From the NCBI GenBank assembly GCA_028277825.1, contig JANQFN010000017.1:1-41478 (forward strand): a stretch of 41,478 nt of DNA. The letters run 5' to 3'. This stretch comes from Desulfarculaceae bacterium. GTDB lineage: Bacteria > Desulfobacterota > Desulfarculia > Desulfarculales > Desulfarculaceae. This document shows positions 28,971 to 39,532 of this stretch, piece by piece. The position numbers and the translations under genes were made by a program. Under the pieces are notes generated by a model that saw nothing but the letters and a program-made list of their open reading frames with translations, was not told the DNA's origin and made no database searches. Numbering within the stretch: position 1 is the stretch's first letter; the number at the start of each line of letters is the position of its first letter.

Positions 28971-29861
28971 CTACTTGTCCTTAAAGATGGTTCCCACGCC
29001 CTGGTCGGTAAAGACCTCCAAGAGGAGCGCGTTGGGCACCCGTCCGTCGATTATATGGGCCCGCTCCACCCCGGCCTCCAGGGCCTCCAAACAGCAGGAG
29101 ACCTTGGGGATCATGCCGCCGGCAATAACGCCCGCTTCCATCAGCTCGCCCACCCGGGCGGCGGTGAGATCGGTCAACAGTTCACCGTCTGCGTCCAACA
29201 CGCCAGGGGTGTCGGTCAGCAGGATCAATTTCGCTGCCCGCAGCCGGCTGGCCACCGCCCCGGCCACCAGGTCCGCGTTGATGTTCAACGAGGTGCCGTC
29301 TTCGCCCACGCCCACTGGCGCGATCACCGGTATGAAGTTGCCGTGCTCCAGGGCGTGGAGCACCTGTGCGTCCACCTGCTCCACCTCGCCCACCAGGCCG
29401 ATGTCGATGATCTCCGGCGGCTGATTTTCAACCTGCCGGGTCATCTGCATCTGGCTGGCCTGAATCAGGCCGCCGTCGTGCCCATTGAGGCCCACCGCGC
29501 GTCCGCCGTGCTGGTTGATCAGGCCCACGATGGAGGTGTTCACCTGGCCCACCAGGACCATTTGCACCACGTCCATCACCTCCGGACTGGTCACCCGCAT
29601 GCCCTCCACGAACTCACAGGCAATATCCAGACGCTTTAAGAGATCACCGATCTGGGGCCCGCCGCCGTGCACCACTACAGGATAGATGCCCACCGCCCGG
29701 AGCAGGATCAGGTTCAGGGCAAAGCTCTCCTTTAGGGCCTGGTCCACCATGGCGTGGCCGCCGTATTTGACCACCACGGTCTGGCCGGCAAAGCGCCGGA
29801 TATAGGGCAGCGCCTCCATCAGGGTCTGGGCGGTACTGGCTGGGTCTTTAGAACTACTCAT
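28971..29861 (-). CDS. argB: Acetylglutamate kinase (start 29861 or 29873)
   Basis: [28 protein letters not shown]. Confidence 0.96.
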   Translation of the reverse strand: MSSSKDPASTAQTLMEALPYIRRFAGQTVVVKYGGHAMVDQALKESFALNLILLRAVGIYPVVVHGGGPQIGDLLKRLDIACEFVEGMRVTSPEVMDVVQMVLVGQVNTSIVGLINQHGGRAVGLNGHDGGLIQASQMQMTRQVENQPPEIIDIGLVGEVEQVDAQVLHALEHGNFIPVIAPVGVGEDGTSLNINADLVAGAVASRLRAAKLILLTDTPGVLDADGELLTDLTAARVGELMEAGVIAGGMIPKVSCCLEALEAGVERAHIIDGRVPNALLLEVFTDQGVGTIFKDK

Positions 29862-29898
29862 GGTTCGGCTCACAATGACTCGTTATTAAACGTATAGA

Positions 29899-30924
29899 TC
29901 AAGCAAGATCGTATGTGTAAGACATGGCCACCAAGGAATCCTCATCAATACTCCAAGGATTTTGTACTTCTTGAATCCCGCGTGTAGCAACTGGCTTACC
30001 GTTTCGATCAAAAACAGATATTGAATGCAATATGAACAAAGCTACATTAGTCTCGTCGTCTCTCGCATGAGCAACTTCGTTTTTGGTCAGGAAAATCCTT
30101 TTACCCTCTGTTTGCGTTCCCTTAACTTCAACCCTCAACTCTTCATTGTTATTTCTGGTGCAGCGCAGATCGTATGGCTTCTGGCTGGAAACATCTTCAA
30201 TCTCGTATCCTAAAGACGCAAAATATTCGGCAGCTTTTTTCATCGCGTGTAACTCTACTTTTTTCTTCACCTCTTGATTATTGAGAAAACCTTGCCCACT
30301 GCCTTTCCTAACCTCTGGCTCTATGTCTGCTGCGAGAGTTTCTGTAATTTCCTGAGACCGAAACTCAGTAATACTATTACCTTGATAACCATTAATAAAA
30401 GTTAAAATATCACTAATCCACTGTGCTAGGCGATGATTGCCATATTCATCATACAAATAAAAAATATTGGACCTGCCAGGAGCACCTTTGGTCCCACCGG
30501 GCACCAAAAGGTTTCTTTTTGATGCAGGTAATAGAAAAACGTTATGTTTTTCTGCTTCACAGTAAAATCCGTAATTTTGCCTACCAGCATAGTCATTTTC
30601 TTGTTCATCTTTGAATAACCTTGCTTGGTTATACCAGCCAACAACTACCTGGCCTCCCTCAGGCCGCTTAGCGAAAAAAAAAATAATCGAATTATCAATG
30701 TAAGCATCGTTTGGCTGAGCGTTAGGATCTATTTTCCTCAGATTAAGTGACGAAGGTGGTTCGAAGTAAGCACGCATAGTCGCATGCTTATGGTCGAAAT
30801 TAAAAGCTTCATGCCCAAGATTGTCCTCGTTGTAGGCCCCACCGCCTATGGGCGCTTGATCTCCCTCTTGTGGGCCTGCGTAGTACTCCATCCACCCAAT
30901 TCTTGCAAACAATACTCTAGCCAT
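29899..30924 (-). CDS. AT-rich DUF3883 (NO VEIN C-terminal, PD-(D/E)xK) nuclease with an unassigned N-terminal domain
   Basis: C-terminal VELHAM...GYEIEDVS...PYDL...VEVKGT...LTKNE; strong RBS GGAGGGGGG; visibly low GC. Confidence 0.8.
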   Translation of the reverse strand: MARVLFARIGWMEYYAGPQEGDQAPIGGGAYNEDNLGHEAFNFDHKHATMRAYFEPPSSLNLRKIDPNAQPNDAYIDNSIIFFFAKRPEGGQVVVGWYNQARLFKDEQENDYAGRQNYGFYCEAEKHNVFLLPASKRNLLVPGGTKGAPGRSNIFYLYDEYGNHRLAQWISDILTFINGYQGNSITEFRSQEITETLAADIEPEVRKGSGQGFLNNQEVKKKVELHAMKKAAEYFASLGYEIEDVSSQKPYDLRCTRNNNEELRVEVKGTQTEGKRIFLTKNEVAHARDDETNVALFILHSISVFDRNGKPVATRGIQEVQNPWSIDEDSLVAMSYTYDLA

Positions 30925-30942
30925 TCCCCCCTCCTGCTTTCC

Positions 30943-32310
<1,368 letters not shown>

Positions 32311-32323
32311 GTTTTAAAGAGTC

Positions 32324-33556
32324 CTACTGGTTGTCGTTAGGGTTGCTGTCGGGTAGAAGGTTTTGATCTAGAGCTTTGAATTCTCCACCTAGCTCGTCTC
32401 TCATTTTCATAAGTTTGGTCGAAGCATACTTTTGTACATGTATAGCAATACCAATGCTCTCCTCAAAGTTTTCAATTTGTCCTATTTTCATTCTTAACAG
32501 ATTTTGAATTTTTTCTGTTACGTCTTCAGGTAATTCCTGCCTTGTAGCTAAGTCCGTTAGCTTTTCCGCTTGCTTAATTAGTGTGTTCTCCCTGCTCTCA
32601 AAGTACGAAGCTTCGTTTTCGGCTGTTTTTATCTTTTCTTGTTTCACCTCTTCTTCAAAAAGTGACCCTGACTGCCACTCGCTTTTTATCGTTAGGATGA
32701 TTTCTAATACCCCTTTAACTGCCTGCAAGACTCCTTTAACTGACCCTTGTTCAATTGCATTTATTTTCAAAGAATATTTATCGCTAAGCGCACCGTAATG
32801 TTCCGGCCTCATGGCCTTGTCAAATAACACGTTCTTCTCTTCGGGTTTGGAAAAGAGAGCTATACGAACTCCCTCATACAACAGACTAAGGAAGACCAAC
32901 ACACGACCTACTTGGGCTGGACCATAAGAATCCGGCAGGTAAAAGGTGATTAATCCTTTCTCATCAACATCTAGAGTTTCCTCAGTCCTTCTGTCCCTTT
33001 CTCTGCTCTCTTCTTTGAAGTTCTCTTCGTCTTCTTCGTCAATAATAAAGCCTTGAGTGCTGCCTAAATTGTTTGCCTTTTTCAAATCATCGAATCCTGT
33101 GACCTTGGTATCGTAAATCCTTGAACTTATAAAATTGGTTCCAACTAATAATACATCTCTCAGATCGGCCTCTTTTAGGTCGGCTGCTGTTAAATCGGCA
33201 CCGTACAGGTCGGCCTCACGAAGGTCAGTTTTGGTCAAGTTTGCTTCATTTAGCTTTGCGTAGCGCAAATTAGCGTTGCGCAAGTCAGCGTTACGAAGGT
33301 CAGCACCGTGCAAGTCAGCTTCACGTAAATCTACGTAACACAACTTGGCGTTCCTAAGTATCGCCCACTGCATATTAGCCGATCGCAAATTTGCTTCACT
33401 TAAATCGCCATCGCGTAGATCGACATCTTCAAGATCGAAATTACGCAAATCAACACCTCGAAGGTCGGCCTTATCTCCCTCGACCCCATAAGTAGCTAAC
33501 CATTGCCGATGGCCGTCCAAAATCGCGACAAATTCTTCGTTGCTGATCTGCCTCAC
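32324..33556 (-). CDS. AT-rich pentapeptide-repeat protein with unknown C-terminal domain
   Basis: About 20 A(D/N)Lxx repeats after the typical ILDGHRQWL...G.KADL cap; acidic linker; helical C-terminus. Confidence 0.85.
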   Translation of the reverse strand: MRQISNEEFVAILDGHRQWLATYGVEGDKADLRGVDLRNFDLEDVDLRDGDLSEANLRSANMQWAILRNAKLCYVDLREADLHGADLRNADLRNANLRYAKLNEANLTKTDLREADLYGADLTAADLKEADLRDVLLVGTNFISSRIYDTKVTGFDDLKKANNLGSTQGFIIDEEDEENFKEESRERDRRTEETLDVDEKGLITFYLPDSYGPAQVGRVLVFLSLLYEGVRIALFSKPEEKNVLFDKAMRPEHYGALSDKYSLKINAIEQGSVKGVLQAVKGVLEIILTIKSEWQSGSLFEEEVKQEKIKTAENEASYFESRENTLIKQAEKLTDLATRQELPEDVTEKIQNLLRMKIGQIENFEESIGIAIHVQKYASTKLMKMRDELGGEFKALDQNLLPDSNPNDNQ

Positions 33557-33586
33557 AGAACCCCCACTCCCTTCATTTAGGTTCAG

Positions 33587-34126
33587 CTACAAACTCTCCA
33601 ACCTCACCTCATGATTGGTATACACGCAAATATCAGCCGCTATATCCATGGCCTTCTGCGCGATCTCCTCTGGCTTGAGCTCACTGTTCCGAACCAAGGC
33701 CCGCGCCGCGGCCAAGGCGAATGGCCCGCCCGAGCCGATGGCAGCCACGCCCTCTTCCGGATCGATTACGTCGCCCGCGCCGGAGATGATCAAGAGATGA
33801 TCCTTGTCCGCGGCCAACAGCAACGCCTCCAACTTGCGCAGCACCTTGTCGGTGCGCCAGTCCTTGGCCAGCTCCACCGCGGCCCGGGTCAGGTTGCCGG
33901 CAAACGCCTCCAGCTTGCCTTCCAAACGCTCGAACAGGGTGAAGGCGTCAGCCGTGGAGCCGGCGAAACCGGCCAGCACCTGACCGTTGTACAGACGGCG
34001 CAGCTTGTTGGCTCCGGCCTTGACCACGGTCTGGCCCATGGTCACCTGCCCGTCAGCCGCCATGACCACCCCGCCCTGGTGGCGGATGGCCAATACCGTG
34101 GTGCTTCTGGTCTTATCAGCGCTCAT
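33587..34126 (-). CDS. hslV: ATP-dependent protease peptidase subunit HslV
   Basis: [38 protein letters not shown]. Confidence 0.97.
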   Translation of the reverse strand: MSADKTRSTTVLAIRHQGGVVMAADGQVTMGQTVVKAGANKLRRLYNGQVLAGFAGSTADAFTLFERLEGKLEAFAGNLTRAAVELAKDWRTDKVLRKLEALLLAADKDHLLIISGAGDVIDPEEGVAAIGSGGPFALAAARALVRNSELKPEEIAQKAMDIAADICVYTNHEVRLESL

Positions 34127-35086
34127 CTATGAATCCTCCTGGCCCTCCCCCTCTTTGGCCCGGGGGTGGGCCTGGTCATACACCTTGAGCAGGTGGTCCA
34201 CCGTGAGTTGGGTGTATTTCTGCGTGGTGCTCAGGCTCTTGTGCCCCAGCATCTCCTGTACCGACCTGAGGTCCGCGCCGCCCTCCAAGAGGTGGGTGGC
34301 CATGGCGTGGCGCAGGGCATGGGGGCTAAGGGCCCGGCCTGTGTCCAGCTCCGCACCCAAGCGGGCCACCAGGCGCTGCACGCTGCGCTGGCTCAAGCGG
34401 CCGCCGCGTCCGTTAATAAACAGGGCGTCTTGCGCCGCTGCTTTTTTCAAGAGCGCCGGTCGCGCCTCTTGATAATCCTTCAGGGCCTGGGCCGCGCTCT
34501 CGCCTACAGGCACCCAGCGCTCGCGGCCGCCCTTGCCTTCCACCACCCGCACCAGGCCCAGGTCCAAACGCAAGTGCTCCAGATCCAGGCCGGTCAATTC
34601 GGAGACTCGCAGCCCGCTGGAGTATAGAAGCTCCAACATGGCCAGGTCCCGGAGCGTGGCGGCCTTTTGCCTGGGGCTGGGCTGCTTACCCTGCCTCTCG
34701 CCTTCGCCCTGGCGGGCTGGCCCTTGAATCAGGTGAAAGGCCTCGTCCACGCTCAGGCGGGCGGGCAGGTGTTGCCCTTGCTTGGGCGGCCTTACCAAGC
34801 GCGCCGGATTGGCCGCTATCTCGCCCCGCTCCTGCAGAAAGTCGAAAAACTTCCGCAGGCTCATGAGCTTGCGGGCCATGGTGGCGCGCTTCTTGGTCTT
34901 GAGCCCCTTCGCCAGCCAGGCCAGGACCTCGGCATCGCCCACCCGGGACCACAGGGGCAGCTTGCCCTCCTGCGCCAAAAAGTCCTGGAACTGGCGCACG
35001 TCGCGCAAATAGGCCTGCCTGGTTAAGGACGCTGATCCCGCGCCCTGGGCCAGATAGTCCGCAAAGGCGGCCAAAAGGTCGCTCAT
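34127..35086 (-). CDS. xerC: Tyrosine recombinase XerC
   Basis: RDLAMLELLYSSGLRVSEL, GKGGRER, HALRH, LGHKSLSTTQKYT; upstream of hslVU. Confidence 0.88.
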   Translation of the reverse strand: MSDLLAAFADYLAQGAGSASLTRQAYLRDVRQFQDFLAQEGKLPLWSRVGDAEVLAWLAKGLKTKKRATMARKLMSLRKFFDFLQERGEIAANPARLVRPPKQGQHLPARLSVDEAFHLIQGPARQGEGERQGKQPSPRQKAATLRDLAMLELLYSSGLRVSELTGLDLEHLRLDLGLVRVVEGKGGRERWVPVGESAAQALKDYQEARPALLKKAAAQDALFINGRGGRLSQRSVQRLVARLGAELDTGRALSPHALRHAMATHLLEGGADLRSVQEMLGHKSLSTTQKYTQLTVDHLLKVYDQAHPRAKEGEGQEDS

Positions 35087-35291
35087 AGCTCTCAGTTTCC
35101 GCTGCTGGCCCCGGGGCGGCGGCACTGCCTAACCCGGCGGCCTGCAACCGGAAAAAGAATATCATAACTTGCGGGGGCCGTGAATCAAGCCAAAATAATT
35201 TCAAGCACTTTTCACTTGCATGCACGAGCGGCCCTATGACCCCGCGCGCGTCCCCGTGCTATAGTGAAACCCAAAGCCGGGAGGGCCAGAC

Positions 35292-35915
35292 ATGGATTCT
35301 TTTCCCCTGATTTTCATGTCCTTTTTCGCCATGACCAACCCTATCGGCAATCTGCCCATCTTCATCGGCCTCACCGCCGGCCGCCCCACCAAGGAAGTCA
35401 GGCGCATCGGCCTGGTCACCACCTTCTCGGTGCTGGTCATCTGCGTGATCTCCATGACCCTGGGCGAGTGGGTGCTCAAGGCCTTTGGCATCAGCCTGCC
35501 CGCTTTCCGCACCGCCGGCGGTCTGATCATCGCCCTGATCGGCCTGCGCATGCTCCTGTTCACCCCCGAGGACCCGGGACGCGGGGTGCGCGACAATTCC
35601 GAGAAGCGCTCCACCTCAGTGGGGGTGGTGCCCCTGGCCATACCCATCATGGCCGGCCCGGGCCTGATCAGCACCGTGGTGCTGCATTCCCACGGCGACC
35701 TGGCCTCGCCCGAGCAGTTCATGGTGGTGGGCGCGGCGGTCTTGGCTCTCACCATCGTGGTGGGGTTGATACTGTTCGGCGCGCCCTGGGTGGCCAAGCT
35801 CTTGGGCGACGACGGCATGGTGGTACTCACCAAGGTGATGGGCCTGTTTTTGACCGCCATGGGCATCCAGTTCGTTTTCATCGGCCTGAAGAACGCCTTC
35901 ATGGCTTCCGGCTGA
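35292..35915 (+). CDS. MarC family membrane protein
   Basis: NPIGNLPIF, FGISLPAFRTAGG, PLAIPIMAGPG; multiple TM segments. Confidence 0.93.
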   Translation: MDSFPLIFMSFFAMTNPIGNLPIFIGLTAGRPTKEVRRIGLVTTFSVLVICVISMTLGEWVLKAFGISLPAFRTAGGLIIALIGLRMLLFTPEDPGRGVRDNSEKRSTSVGVVPLAIPIMAGPGLISTVVLHSHGDLASPEQFMVVGAAVLALTIVVGLILFGAPWVAKLLGDDGMVVLTKVMGLFLTAMGIQFVFIGLKNAFMASG

Positions 35916-35933
35916 TCACCAGCGATCTTCAAA

Positions 35934-36297
35934 AGAAAAAGAGCAAAAGATTGGGAAGGTAAGAAGCCGACTATCGGCAAAGTGTGTCTGGGCCAAGCCG
36001 CTGGATAAGCCCTCCTATTGAAATGAAGATCGTTTCCGGCGCGACGGGCCAGGCAGACAGTTGCCAGCATAACGGTCGGCACCTGTCAAAAGGAGGCGGT
36101 TGCCGTTTGGCAAGCCCCGTCAATTGAACCCCCATACGGGGGTTCATTCCCCGCGGCTTGCCGCGCTATAAAGCTGAAATCTTCCTCTTGATACCCCGCT
36201 GCTTGCGGCGGGGTTGTTCATCCCCAGCCCACGCCCATAGTCCCGCTGTGTACTTTCAAGCGAATTCTTCCCTATTCCCAACCTCTTATCTTTTTCT
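35934..36297. repeat. Intergenic palindromic element, copy F (carries a nested miniature element)
   Basis: Ends AGAAAAAGAGCAAAAGATTGGGAA / TTCCCAACCTCTTATCTTTTTCT; internal rod 35966-36080 (GCCGAC/GTCGGC, GGCAA/TTGCC, TGTCTG/CAGACA). Confidence 0.55.
36125..36221. mobile_element. Non-autonomous IS200/IS605-type miniature (PATE/REP-like) element
   Basis: Three hairpins: TGAACCCCC-ATAC-GGGGGTTCA, CGCGGC-TT-GCCGCG, ACCCCGCTGC-TT-GCGGCGGGGT; the last two are related direct copies; no transposase in the window. Confidence 0.55.
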
Positions 36298-36448
36298 GAC
36301 TTTGCCAAACCTCCCACCTGCCCACCCCTGACTGTTAAAAAATATCGCTTCCCCGGCCCTTCCCCTTGACTTGGCCCCAAGCCTTGGTTATTTTTGGCCG
36401 TTAACTCCGTTAAAACCGTAATTTGTCACCTCCCTTTTAGGAGCCGCC

Positions 36449-38518
36449 ATGAGCGACACAATCAGCCAAACCCGCACCGTAGCCCTGGTGGGCCACGGCG
36501 GCGCTGGTAAGACCTCCCTGGCCGAGGCCATGTTATTCGACGCCAAGACCACCAACCGTTTGGGCAAGGTGGACGAGGGCACCGCTGTCCTGGATTTCGA
36601 GCCCGAGGAGATCAAGCGCGCGGGCAGCATCAGCGCCAGCTTCGGACACTACACCTACAACAAGTTCAACGTGCACCTGGTGGATGCGCCGGGGGATGAC
36701 AACTTCCTGTCCGACGCCGCGGCGGCGTTGAGGGCGGTGGACGGCGCGGTGATGGTGATCGACGCCATCGACGGAGTTAAGGTGCAAGGCGAAAAGGTCT
36801 GGCAGTTTGTCAAGGAAAACGATTTGCCCGCCCTGATCGTGGTCAACAAGATGGACCGCGAACGGGCTGATTTCGATTCAGCAGTGGGCATGATCCAGGA
36901 CATGCTGGACATCAAGCCGGTCAAGCTGCAGATCCCCATCGGCCAGGCCGAGGATTTTTCCGGGGTGGTGGACCTGTTGGCCAACAAGGCCTACACCTTT
37001 GAGGCCGACGGTTCGGGCAAGATGAACAGCGGGCCGGTGCCCGACGATCTGGCCGATGCTGTGGAAGAGGCCCGCGAGACCCTGATCGAAGACATCGCCG
37101 AGGCGGACGACGAGCTGATGGAGCGCTATCTGGAAGGCGACGAGCTCAGCGCCGACGACCTGGCCAAAGGTCTGGCCAAGGGCGTGTTGGACCGGGTGTT
37201 CGCGCCGGTGGCCGCCTGCGCGGCGCTCAAAAACATGGGCGTGCAGCCGGTGATGGACCTGATCAATCGCCTGCTGCCCTCCCCGGCCGAGGCCGGAGAG
37301 GTGAAGGCCGGCGAAGACACCCGCGAGCCCACTGCCGAGGCCCCCTTTTCAGCCCTGGTGTTTAAGACCGTGGCCGATCCCTTTGCCGGCCGGCTCTCCA
37401 TGATTCGCGTGTTTTCCGGCAAGCTCACCAGCGACATGCAGCTTCTCAACGTGAACAAGGACTCCAAGGAGCGCTTCGGCCAGCTCTACTGGCAGACCGG
37501 CAAGGACCAGAGCAGCGTGGAGGCGGCCTTTCCCGGCGACATCGTGGCCATCCCCAAGCTCAAGGATACCAACACCGGCGACACCCTCACCGCGGTGGGC
37601 CAGGCCGTGCAGTATAAGCCCATCGAGCCCCTGCCGCCGGTGATTTCCTATGCCATCGAGGCCAAGGAAAAGGGCGACGAGGAAAAGATGTTCGCCGGCA
37701 TCAACAAACTCATGGAAGAGGACCCCACCTTGCACCTGGACCGTGACCCCCAGACCGGTGAGGCCCTGTTGGGCGGCATGGGCGCGGTGCACATCGAGAC
37801 CACCCTGGAGAGGCTCAAGCGCAAGTTCTCGGTAGAGGTGAACCTCAACACGCCCAAGGTGCCCTACCGCGAGACCATCAAGGGCTCCACCCGGGTGCAG
37901 GGCCGCTACAAGAAGCAGACCGGCGGCCGCGGCCAGTTCGGCGACACCTGGCTGGAGATCAGCCCGGCCCCGGCTGGCGAGGGCTTTGTCTTCGTCAACA
38001 AGATCGTGGGCGGCGCCATTCCCCGCCAGTACATTCCGGCGGTGGAAAAGGGCATCAACGAGGCCATGGAGCGCGGCGTGTTGGCCGGCTATCCCCTGGT
38101 GGACGTGCAGGTGGAACTGGTGGACGGTTCTTTCCACCAAGTGGACTCTTCGGAGATGGCCTTCAAGGTGGCCGGTTCCATCGGCTTCAAGAAAGGCGCG
38201 GTGGATTGCAAGCCCACCCTTTTGGAGCCGATCATGGAGTTGACCGTGACCGTACCCGAGGACGCCATGGGCGACGTCATGGGCGACATCAGCTCCCGCC
38301 GCGGCCGAGTGTTGGGCATGGACGCCAAGGGCAACTTCCAAGTGGTCAAGGCCCTGGTGCCCATGGCCGAGGTGCTCACCTACCAGCCCGAGCTGACCTC
38401 CATGACCGGTGGCCGCGGGGCCTTCACCATGTCCCTGGATCACTACGAAGAGGTGCCCGGCGACATCAAGGCCAAGATCGTGGAGGCCTACGAGCAGGCC
38501 AAGGAGGAAGGCAATTAG
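36449..38518 (+). CDS. fusA: Elongation factor G paralog (EF-G2-like)
   Basis: Full EF-G architecture (GHGGAGKT, NKMD, KQTGGRGQFG, VDSSEMAF) with divergent RAGSI and DAPGD motifs; not in the str operon. Confidence 0.9.
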   Translation: MSDTISQTRTVALVGHGGAGKTSLAEAMLFDAKTTNRLGKVDEGTAVLDFEPEEIKRAGSISASFGHYTYNKFNVHLVDAPGDDNFLSDAAAALRAVDGAVMVIDAIDGVKVQGEKVWQFVKENDLPALIVVNKMDRERADFDSAVGMIQDMLDIKPVKLQIPIGQAEDFSGVVDLLANKAYTFEADGSGKMNSGPVPDDLADAVEEARETLIEDIAEADDELMERYLEGDELSADDLAKGLAKGVLDRVFAPVAACAALKNMGVQPVMDLINRLLPSPAEAGEVKAGEDTREPTAEAPFSALVFKTVADPFAGRLSMIRVFSGKLTSDMQLLNVNKDSKERFGQLYWQTGKDQSSVEAAFPGDIVAIPKLKDTNTGDTLTAVGQAVQYKPIEPLPPVISYAIEAKEKGDEEKMFAGINKLMEEDPTLHLDRDPQTGEALLGGMGAVHIETTLERLKRKFSVEVNLNTPKVPYRETIKGSTRVQGRYKKQTGGRGQFGDTWLEISPAPAGEGFVFVNKIVGGAIPRQYIPAVEKGINEAMERGVLAGYPLVDVQVELVDGSFHQVDSSEMAFKVAGSIGFKKGAVDCKPTLLEPIMELTVTVPEDAMGDVMGDISSRRGRVLGMDAKGNFQVVKALVPMAEVLTYQPELTSMTGGRGAFTMSLDHYEEVPGDIKAKIVEAYEQAKEEGN

Positions 38519-39011
38519 CTTTTTCGCCGCCATTTTGACCATCAGCGACAAGGCCAGCCAGGGCCGGCGGGAGGACACCGCCGGCCCTTTGCTGGTTGAG
38601 ATGCTGGCCGAGTACGGCTTCACGGTCACCCAGCAGGACACGGTGCCTGACGAGCCCGACCAGATCGCGGCGATGCTCAAGCATTATGCGGACGAACTCA
38701 AGCTGCCCCTGGTGATCACCAGCGGCGGCACCGGCTTCTCACCCCGGGACATCACGCCCGAGGCCACCGCTTCGGTGATCCAGCGCCCGGTGCCCGGCCT
38801 GGCCGAGGCCATGCGCGCCGAGGGGCTAAAAATTACGCCCCGGGCCATGCTCTCCCGGGGCATCTGCGGCCTCAGAGGCGCCACCCTGATCATCAACCTG
38901 CCCGGCTCGCCCAAGGCAGCTTTGGAGAATCTGGAGACGGTGCTTCCCTCCCTGGAGCACGGCCTAGAAAAGCTTTGTGGTGATGACAGCGATTGCGCCC
39001 GGCCCCTGTAG
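38514..39011 (+). CDS. mog: Molybdopterin adenylyltransferase Mog/MoaB (probable AUU start)
   Basis: AAILTISD, VPDE, TSGGTGFSPRDITPE, AMLSRG, INLPGSPKA. Confidence 0.88.
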   Translation: MSFFAAILTISDKASQGRREDTAGPLLVEMLAEYGFTVTQQDTVPDEPDQIAAMLKHYADELKLPLVITSGGTGFSPRDITPEATASVIQRPVPGLAEAMRAEGLKITPRAMLSRGICGLRGATLIINLPGSPKAALENLETVLPSLEHGLEKLCGDDSDCARPL

Positions 39012-39023
39012 GAGTCAATCACC

Positions 39024-39467
39024 ATGAAAGTCGCCCAGGGCAAAACCGGCCGCGTGTTCGTGCTGCGCCTGGAAGACGGCGACCGTCTGCCCGATTGCAT
39101 CGAACAGTTCGCTGCCGACAACAACGTGACCCACGCCTTTTGCACATTCCTGGGCGGCATCGGCTCGGGCACCGTGGTAGCCGGCCCGGTCGATGGGCAG
39201 GCCCGGCCGGTGGAGCCGCGCAAGCATTCCTTCAACGAGGAGCATGACGCCTCGGCAGTGGGCACCATCTTCCCGGCTGAGGATGGAACGCCCCATCTGC
39301 ACATGCACGCGACCCTGGGCCGCGACGGCCAGACCCGGTTCGGCTGTATCCGGCCGGGCATCGAAGTGTGGCAGATCGGCGAGGCGGTGATCTACGAAAT
39401 CGTGGATATAAAGGCCCAGCGAAGGCTGGACCCGGAGGTAGGATTCGAAAAGTTGGAAGTGGACTAA
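39024..39467 (+). CDS. PPC/DUF296 domain protein
   Basis: FVLRLEDGD, LGGI, GTIF, PHLHMHATLGR; AGGAG RBS. Confidence 0.88.
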   Translation: MKVAQGKTGRVFVLRLEDGDRLPDCIEQFAADNNVTHAFCTFLGGIGSGTVVAGPVDGQARPVEPRKHSFNEEHDASAVGTIFPAEDGTPHLHMHATLGRDGQTRFGCIRPGIEVWQIGEAVIYEIVDIKAQRRLDPEVGFEKLEVD

Positions 39468-39532
39468 TATATCTTATTAATTATGAGCGCTGTATATTTG
39501 TTCCTGATTTTATCTGAGTAAATAAAGAAAGG

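Noticed and set aside
17366-28984. Long plus-strand ORFs (e.g. 17366-18628, 22911-24119, 25017-26717, 28010-28984)
   Set aside because: Antisense shadows of GC-rich housekeeping genes with no recognisable domains.
33150-33470. 15-nt periodic repeats as a CRISPR or VNTR array
   Set aside because: They are the coding periodicity of the pentapeptide repeats; there is no repeat-spacer structure and no cas gene.
36144-36380. 78-aa ORF containing MNNPAASSGVS...AASRGE
   Set aside because: Translation of the palindromic miniature element, not a gene.
37349-38680. 443-aa minus-strand ORF
   Set aside because: Antisense to EF-G and mog with no domain signal.
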